From an uncultured delta proteobacterium (GTDB lineage: Bacteria; Myxococcota; Myxococcia; Myxococcales; Myxococcaceae), in NCBI GenBank assembly GCA_963796055.1, contig CAWCKH010000004.1:832001-896000 (forward strand): a DNA stretch of 64,000 bases, in the 5' to 3' direction. This document shows positions 58,536-64,000 of this stretch, one piece after another. The notes under the pieces were generated by a model. The model searched no databases. It worked only from the letters and a program-made list of their open reading frames with translations, and was not told where the DNA came from. Both the position numbers and the translations under genes were made by a program. Position 1 is the first letter of the stretch. Each line of letters begins with the position of its first letter.

Positions 58536-60452
58536 TCAGGCGCGGCGGAGCAGGCGCTTGTCGCCCACCCGGAGGGTGACCTTTTCCCGGTCGAAGTACT
58601 CGGACAGCGGGATGACGAACTTCCGGCTGCCCCCGACCAGCTCCTTGAACTGCTGGGTGGTGATCTCCCGGTGCTCGGTGAGGTGTGCCACCAGGCGCTG
58701 CTTCAGCTCGGCGAGGGCGGAGGCGGCAAAGCACAGCTCCTCGGTGACCTTCACCACCGTGTGGTCGGCGATCGGGCCCTGCAGCAGACCGGCGATCCGC
58801 TCGGCGGGGAGCGAGAGCATGCGACCGATCTCGGCGAGTGTCGGCGGGGCGAGCGCACCGGCGGCGATGGCCGCCACCGCCTTGGTGCGGGCCGCCTCCT
58901 CGTCGAGCGACAGGCTCCGACCCCTCCCCTTCAGCCGCAGCCCCTCGCCGATGGCCTCCACCGCCCCGCGCTCGGCCAGCGCCGCGACCAGACGCCCCAG
59001 CAGCCGGGGATCGAGGTCGGCCGAGAGCCGCTGGCGGAGCTCCTCGCGGTGCAGCGCATCCTCCAGCGGCGCCCGGTCGTGGAAGGACTGGAGCAGCGCC
59101 AGGGCACGAGACTGCAAGGCGGCGAAGGTCTCCCCGGCGAGGTAGAGCCGGCGCTCGCGATCCACCAGCAGCACCTGGCCCTTGCTGCTCAACACGTCCA
59201 GCGCGCGCTGGACCGTCCGGGGCGCGCTGGCGGTCCGGACGGCGAGCTCCCCCGCCGTCATCCCCCGGTACCCCGACTGCCGCGCCAGCCAGACCAGGCG
59301 CGCGTCGAGGTCCTCGCCACGCATCGGCGCGAGCAGCTCGGCCGCGCCGCGACGGCGACGCGGAGCGCCGATGGTCAGCACCCGTCCGCCGGCGAGCGTC
59401 GCCCCGCGACCGGGCAGCGGCCTGGCCCCGCGGAGGATGAAGCGCTGACCGGGCAGCGCCGCCACCGGGGCCTGCAGCCGGAGCTGGGCCAGGCCCGTCT
59501 CGCCGGGGGCGAGCTCCGGCAGGTCGAGCAAGGTCAGCCGGGCCTCGACCTGGGCCGTCCCCAGGTGGAGCAGGAGCGTCTTGCGGCGGGGAAGCGGCGC
59601 CTCGGCGGCCGGGAGCAGGGTGAGCTCCACGTCGAGCGAGCGGGTCTCGGGCAGCTCCCCCGCCCGCACCAGCACCATCCCCCGGCGGACGTCCTGCGTG
59701 GCCACGCCCGGCAGGTTCACCGCGGTGCGCTGCCCCGCCGAGCCCCGCGGGACGGTCTGCCCGTGGGTCTGCACCCCGCGCACCCGGAATGGCCCCGGTA
59801 GCCCGGGGAGCAGCGCCACCGAGGCCTCCGGCTCCACCGTGCCGGAGAGGAGCGTGCCGGTGACCACGGTCCCGAATCCCTTGATGGTGAACGCCCGGTC
59901 CACGGGGAGAAAGAGCGGTCCGTCGGCCGGGCGGCGCTGCACGCTCGCCGCGGCCCGGCCCAGCGCGGCCCGGAGCGCGTCCAGCCCCTCGCCGCTCCTT
60001 GCCGAGACCGGCACCACCTCCGCCTTCTCCAGCACGCTGCCGGCGAGCAAGGTGGCCAGGTCGGCATCGAGCAGGGCCCGCCAGTCGTCGCCCAGGCCGG
60101 CCAGGAGGTCCGCCTTGGTCAGCGCCACCACGCCGGCCCGGACGCCGAGGAGCTGGCAGATGTCGAGGTGCTCGCGGGTCTGGGGCATGACCCCCTCGTC
60201 CGCGGCGACCACCAGGATGGCCAGGTCCACGCCCCCCGCCCCGGCGGCCATCGCCTTCACGAAGCGCTCGTGACCCGGCACGTCCACCACGCCCGCCTCG
60301 GTGCCGTCCGGCAGGGCGAGGTGCGCGAAGCCGAGCTCGAGGGTGATGCCCCGGCGCTTCTCCTCGGGGAGCCGGTCGGTGTCGATGCCGGTGAGCGCCT
60401 TCACCAGCGAGGTCTTGCCGTGGTCGACGTGCCCGGCAGTGCCGATGATCAC
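58536..60452 (-). CDS. selB: Selenocysteine-specific translation elongation factor
   Basis: [52 protein letters not shown] and C-terminal winged helix [14 protein letters not shown]. Confidence 0.95.
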   Translation of the reverse strand: MIIGTAGHVDHGKTSLVKALTGIDTDRLPEEKRRGITLELGFAHLALPDGTEAGVVDVPGHERFVKAMAAGAGGVDLAILVVAADEGVMPQTREHLDICQLLGVRAGVVALTKADLLAGLGDDWRALLDADLATLLAGSVLEKAEVVPVSARSGEGLDALRAALGRAAASVQRRPADGPLFLPVDRAFTIKGFGTVVTGTLLSGTVEPEASVALLPGLPGPFRVRGVQTHGQTVPRGSAGQRTAVNLPGVATQDVRRGMVLVRAGELPETRSLDVELTLLPAAEAPLPRRKTLLLHLGTAQVEARLTLLDLPELAPGETGLAQLRLQAPVAALPGQRFILRGARPLPGRGATLAGGRVLTIGAPRRRRGAAELLAPMRGEDLDARLVWLARQSGYRGMTAGELAVRTASAPRTVQRALDVLSSKGQVLLVDRERRLYLAGETFAALQSRALALLQSFHDRAPLEDALHREELRQRLSADLDPRLLGRLVAALAERGAVEAIGEGLRLKGRGRSLSLDEEAARTKAVAAIAAGALAPPTLAEIGRMLSLPAERIAGLLQGPIADHTVVKVTEELCFAASALAELKQRLVAHLTEHREITTQQFKELVGGSRKFVIPLSEYFDREKVTLRVGDKRLLRRA

Positions 60453-61075
60453 GCCCGCGACCGGGCGCGCCGCGACGCAGGCTCCGGGTCCGCTTCCGGT
60501 GCGAGGTCGAAGCGGCCATCCTCGGTGACCGGACCGTAATCCCAGGGGAAGACCAGCGGCCCCTCCATCACCAGCACCGTCCAGTCGGGTGAGGCGCCCT
60601 GGTCGCGGCTGAGCAGGGTCGCGGTGCGGATCTGCCGGGCACCGGCCTTCCTCGCCAGGTCGACGGCCCGCCGCAGCGTCATCCCCGAGGCGATGACGTC
60701 GTCGACCAGGAGGATGCGCGCGCCCTTCACCTCGCGCGGCATGGCCATCACCTTCGGCATCCGTCCGGTGAGCGGATCGCGGGTGCGGCCCAGGATCCGC
60801 ACCGGGTGGAACGGCCTGCCCAGCGCGCTGGCCAGCGCCGAGCCGACGTAGATGCCTCCCGGGGCGATGCCCACCACCAGGTCACAGGTGTATGCGGCGG
60901 AGATCTCCCGGGCCATGGCCTGCACCGCGCCGTCGAACTGGGCCCAGCTCATCTCCCGCACCAGGTGGCGCGGACCGCTGCGGTCATGTCCGAGCAGGCC
61001 CCGGGGGAGCTCGCTCTGGGGCGAGAGGGGCAGCTGGGGGGGCTCGGGACGGCGGCGAGAGGATCGAGGAGACAT
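60449..61075 (-). CDS. Type I phosphoribosyltransferase
   Basis: [12 protein letters not shown] loop [13 protein letters not shown] and VFPWD. Confidence 0.85.
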   Translation of the reverse strand: MSPRSSRRRPEPPQLPLSPQSELPRGLLGHDRSGPRHLVREMSWAQFDGAVQAMAREISAAYTCDLVVGIAPGGIYVGSALASALGRPFHPVRILGRTRDPLTGRMPKVMAMPREVKGARILLVDDVIASGMTLRRAVDLARKAGARQIRTATLLSRDQGASPDWTVLVMEGPLVFPWDYGPVTEDGRFDLAPEADPEPASRRARSRA

Positions 61076-61120
61076 GAACGGCCCACGAGCCTAGCCCGAC
61101 GACGTGCTGCCAGGGAGCGC

Positions 61121-61897
61121 TCACTCCAGCAGGGTGAGGGCGCCCATCACAGCGATCCCTGCGACGATCAGCGTGGTCTGGACCACCAGGGCCCGAAGGC
61201 TCCGGTCGTGCTGCAGCTCGGGGACGAGGTCGGCCGCCGCCAGGTAAACGAACCCTCCGGCGGTCACCGGGAGGAGGTACGCCGAGACGCTCTGGTGGGC
61301 CACCGTCCCGCTGACCAGGACCACCACCGCCCCCAGCAGCGCCGCGCCGGCGGAGGCGAGGTTGAGCAGGATGGCCTTCCGGACCGTCAGCCCGCTGTGG
61401 ACCAGAATGCCGAAGTCGGCGATCTCCTGCGGGATCTCGTGCAGCACCACCGCGACGGTGGTGGCGAGTCCGAGGCCGGGGCTGGCGAGGTAGCTCGCGG
61501 CGATCAGCGCGCCGTCGATGAAGTTGTGGATCGCGTCGCCGAGCAGGTTGACCGCGGCGAGCTCGGGCCTGACCGCGCGACCTGGCCCGGCGTGGAAGTG
61601 GGCGTGCAGCGGCCCGTGCTCGTGGCGGAGCAGCTTCTCCACCACGAAGAAGAGCAGCATCCCGCCCAGCACCAGCAACGAGCGCGCCAGCGTCGTAGGC
61701 GCCTGCCCGGGGTGCCCGAAGATCTCGGGGATCAGGTGAATGAAGGCATCACCGAGCAGCGCCCCCACCGCGAAGGCGATGAAGACCGTGGAGAGCCGAC
61801 GGAGGTGCTCCTCGTCGAGGGAAAGGGTCAGCACCCCCACCAGCGAGGCCAGGCTCACCAGCACGACGCTGCCCAGGCTGCCGAGGACGGGGTTCAC
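61121..61897 (-). CDS. ZIP family metal transporter
   Basis: GALLGDAFIHLIPE, His-rich loop, DAIHNFIDG and LHEIPQEIADF motifs. Confidence 0.92.
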   Translation of the reverse strand: MNPVLGSLGSVVLVSLASLVGVLTLSLDEEHLRRLSTVFIAFAVGALLGDAFIHLIPEIFGHPGQAPTTLARSLLVLGGMLLFFVVEKLLRHEHGPLHAHFHAGPGRAVRPELAAVNLLGDAIHNFIDGALIAASYLASPGLGLATTVAVVLHEIPQEIADFGILVHSGLTVRKAILLNLASAGAALLGAVVVLVSGTVAHQSVSAYLLPVTAGGFVYLAAADLVPELQHDRSLRALVVQTTLIVAGIAVMGALTLLE

Positions 61898-61908
61898 CGC
61901 CCGACCGT

Positions 61909-62796
61909 CTACCCCGGCGCGATCCGTCTCATCAGATTTTCCTGCGCGACGCTGGCCACCAGCCGCCCGCCCCGGTCGAAGAACTGTCCCCGCGACAGCC
62001 CCCGTCCGCCCTGGGCCGTCGGACTGTCCATCGCGTAGAGCAGCCAGTCGTCGAACCGGAAGGGACGATGGAGCCAGAGCGCGTGGTCGATGCTGGCCAC
62101 CGCGAGTCCCGGCGTCAGCCACGACACGCCGTGCGGAAGCAGCGCGGTGGAGAGCAGGCTGAAATCCGAGGCGTAGGCCAGAACGCAGGCGTGGAGGAGC
62201 GGCGAGTCGGGAAGCGTCCCGTTCGCCCGCACCCAGAAGGCCTGCCGCGGCGGCCGCACCGTGGGAAGCAGCGGGTTGCGCGGTTCCACCGGCCGGAACT
62301 CCACCGCCATGCGGCGCTCGAACGCCTCGCGGATGCGGGGTGGAACCTGGGGCACCGAGGAAAGCCACTCCCGGACCAGCTCGCTCTGCGGCCGCAGCGA
62401 CTCGGGGGCTGGCGCGTCGGGCATGGACGCCTGGTGCTCGAGGCCAGGCTCGGGCACCTGGAACGAGCAGATCATGCTCAGCAGCACCTCGCCGTGCTGG
62501 ATGGCCTGCACCCGCCGGGCGGTGAAGTGCTTGCCGTCCCGGACCCGGTCGACCTCGTAGACGATCGGGTGCGCCATGTCGCCCGGGCGCAGGAAGTAGG
62601 CGTGGAGCGAGTGCGGCCACCGGTCCTCGACCGTCCGGCTCGCCGCCACCAGCGCCTGACCGATGACCTGCCCCCCGAATACCGCCTTGCCGCCGAGGTC
62701 GCGCGATTGGCCGCGGAAGAGATTCACCTCCAGCGGCTCGAGGTCGAGCAGTCGAAGCAGATCGTCGAGCGCGGACCCTGAGTCGGACACGGCCAC
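61909..62796 (-). CDS. tesB: Acyl-CoA thioesterase II
   Basis: VFGGQVIGQAL, HSLHAYFLRPGD, LAYASDF, ASIDHALWLHRP and SVAQE motifs. Confidence 0.92.
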   Translation of the reverse strand: MAVSDSGSALDDLLRLLDLEPLEVNLFRGQSRDLGGKAVFGGQVIGQALVAASRTVEDRWPHSLHAYFLRPGDMAHPIVYEVDRVRDGKHFTARRVQAIQHGEVLLSMICSFQVPEPGLEHQASMPDAPAPESLRPQSELVREWLSSVPQVPPRIREAFERRMAVEFRPVEPRNPLLPTVRPPRQAFWVRANGTLPDSPLLHACVLAYASDFSLLSTALLPHGVSWLTPGLAVASIDHALWLHRPFRFDDWLLYAMDSPTAQGGRGLSRGQFFDRGGRLVASVAQENLMRRIAPG

Positions 62797-62861
62797 CTCC
62801 GGCAGACGCCCACCTTAACCAATTGGCACGGGGGACGGCCGCGCGCCAGGCACCCGGTTCC

Positions 62862-63527
62862 TCACCGGGCCCGCCGGACCGGATGCCTCAGCACGGTCTT
62901 CAGCTTCGACGATGGCGTGCGGCGCGGGTCGGAGAGGTAGATCTCGTGGTGGTCGTAGACCGCGAGCAGCCCGCGCTTCGTCCGGTCATGCCGCTCGACC
63001 AGCCCCTGCGCCGCGGCGAACGCCCGCATCCGCTCCACGGTGACCGGCTCGGTGGAGTACGGGCCCAGGTGCAGCATCTGCACCGAGAGCCCTTCCTCGA
63101 AGCGCCGGAGAACGAGGTGCCCGAGGGCCGGTGAGGGCTTCTTCTCCCGGAGCTGCTCCAGCGCCTGCTCCAGCGCGTCCCGGGTGACCTGCTCGGGCTG
63201 GAGGATCATCGCCCGCCAGAGCCAGTTGCCGGGGCGGGCGAGGTCGAAGGCTCCCTTCTCGATCCACCAGATCGCCTCCAGCGGCATCACCGGCCAGTCC
63301 ACGGCGCCGGTCTTCCTCTTCTTGAACGAGAACTTCAGGGTGTACGCCGCGCCGTAGAGCGCCTGGACCGCGGCCTGGAAGGCCTTCGACGTCCCGGGTC
63401 TGGCACCTGGCTCGATGCGCCCGTCGATGGCGAGGAAGAGCAGCTCCGGGACCTCGACCAGCTCCGGCGAGCGGCTCGAGGCCCGGTAGAACGGCCGATA
63501 TCGTTTGCGCAGGTCGATGGTCTTCAT
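62862..63527 (-). CDS. GyrI-like small-molecule-binding domain protein
   Basis: FLAIDG, ALYGAAYTLKF, VMPLEAIWW, QMLHLGPY and HHEIYLSDPRR motifs. Confidence 0.85.
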   Translation of the reverse strand: MKTIDLRKRYRPFYRASSRSPELVEVPELLFLAIDGRIEPGARPGTSKAFQAAVQALYGAAYTLKFSFKKRKTGAVDWPVMPLEAIWWIEKGAFDLARPGNWLWRAMILQPEQVTRDALEQALEQLREKKPSPALGHLVLRRFEEGLSVQMLHLGPYSTEPVTVERMRAFAAAQGLVERHDRTKRGLLAVYDHHEIYLSDPRRTPSSKLKTVLRHPVRRAR

Positions 63528-63537
63528 CGAGCCGATC

Positions 63538-63984
63538 TCACACCCGGAGCTCGAGGTAGACCGCCGGCCCCGAGCCCGGGCCGAAGCCACAGGCCTCGTA
63601 GAACTGCACCGCTCCGGGGTTGTCGGCGAGAACCCACGCGGTGACGATGCCGTTGGCGCGCATCCAGGCGGTCATCGCCGAGGCCAGCTGACGCCCGACG
63701 CCGCGTTGGCGCCAGGTGCTCCGGACGCCAATCTCGTAGAGCAACAGCTCCCGGGCGGGCTCCTTGCGCATCGGGAGCACGTGGCAGAAGAGCGAACCCA
63801 CCACCGCTCCGCCGACCCAGGCGGTCCAGTGCAGGACGTGCGGATCGGCGAGGTACGCCTCGGCCGCCCCGGTGCTCAGAGGCGTGCGCGGGCCTCGCCC
63901 GGCGTCGAGATCGAAGTCGGCGTCGTCCCGGGCGAGCAGCGCGAGGACGTGCGCGTCCCCCGGACCGAGGCGGCGGATGACCAC
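63538..63984 (-). CDS. GNAT family N-acetyltransferase
   Basis: LLYEIGVRSTWRQRGVG and AVQFYEACG. The true start may lie at or beyond the window edge. Confidence 0.85.
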   Translation of the reverse strand: MVIRRLGPGDAHVLALLARDDADFDLDAGRGPRTPLSTGAAEAYLADPHVLHWTAWVGGAVVGSLFCHVLPMRKEPARELLLYEIGVRSTWRQRGVGRQLASAMTAWMRANGIVTAWVLADNPGAVQFYEACGFGPGSGPAVYLELRV

Positions 63985-64000
63985 CGCCGGTCCGGGGCGT

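Noticed and set aside
62823..62838. Sigma54-like TTGGCACGGGGACGGC
   Set aside because: The -12 element is poor and it points antisense into the end of the GyrI-like gene.
63538..63984. Aminoglycoside resistance gene call for the GNAT
   Set aside because: Only generic GNAT motifs are visible, so the substrate cannot be assigned.

Overview
High-GC window, most likely from a myxobacterium (Myxococcota). This is inferred from the Ser/Thr kinases, a PilZ-REC regulator, a Cys-rich DGG/DAG-repeat lipoprotein, a split nuoEF-JKLMN cluster and a Pxr-like sRNA. A conserved backbone (kdsB, pyrG-kdsA, regulators, nuoEFJKLMN, selB, tesB) is interleaved with accessory blocks. The best candidate for an undescribed system is a ~9 kb conflict/anti-phage-like locus at 12484-21510. 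One operon encodes an unknown protein, a degenerate SIR2-TIR protein, an effector-less nSTAND1 NTPase-TM-TPR protein (split here by two +1 frameshifts) and a patatin phospholipase. It is transcribed divergently from a HEPN-TPR-S-SLOG fusion. The locus contains Thoeris-, Avs- and CBASS-type parts in an arrangement I do not recognise. Other highlights: a structured minus-strand sRNA with a C7 loop resembling Myxococcus Pxr (54121-54240); a pta-ackA-pflB-pflA fermentation operon with an AspT/YidE transporter and tandem DosR-like boxes; a lipoprotein with 13 knottin-like repeats; a BlaI/M56-HEAT module with two operator boxes; a pseudokinase; and a 22-bp palindromic repeat present twice 53 kb apart. 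Four single-base insertions break otherwise intact genes and are probably sequencing or assembly errors. All domain calls come from motif recognition by eye, with no database searches.
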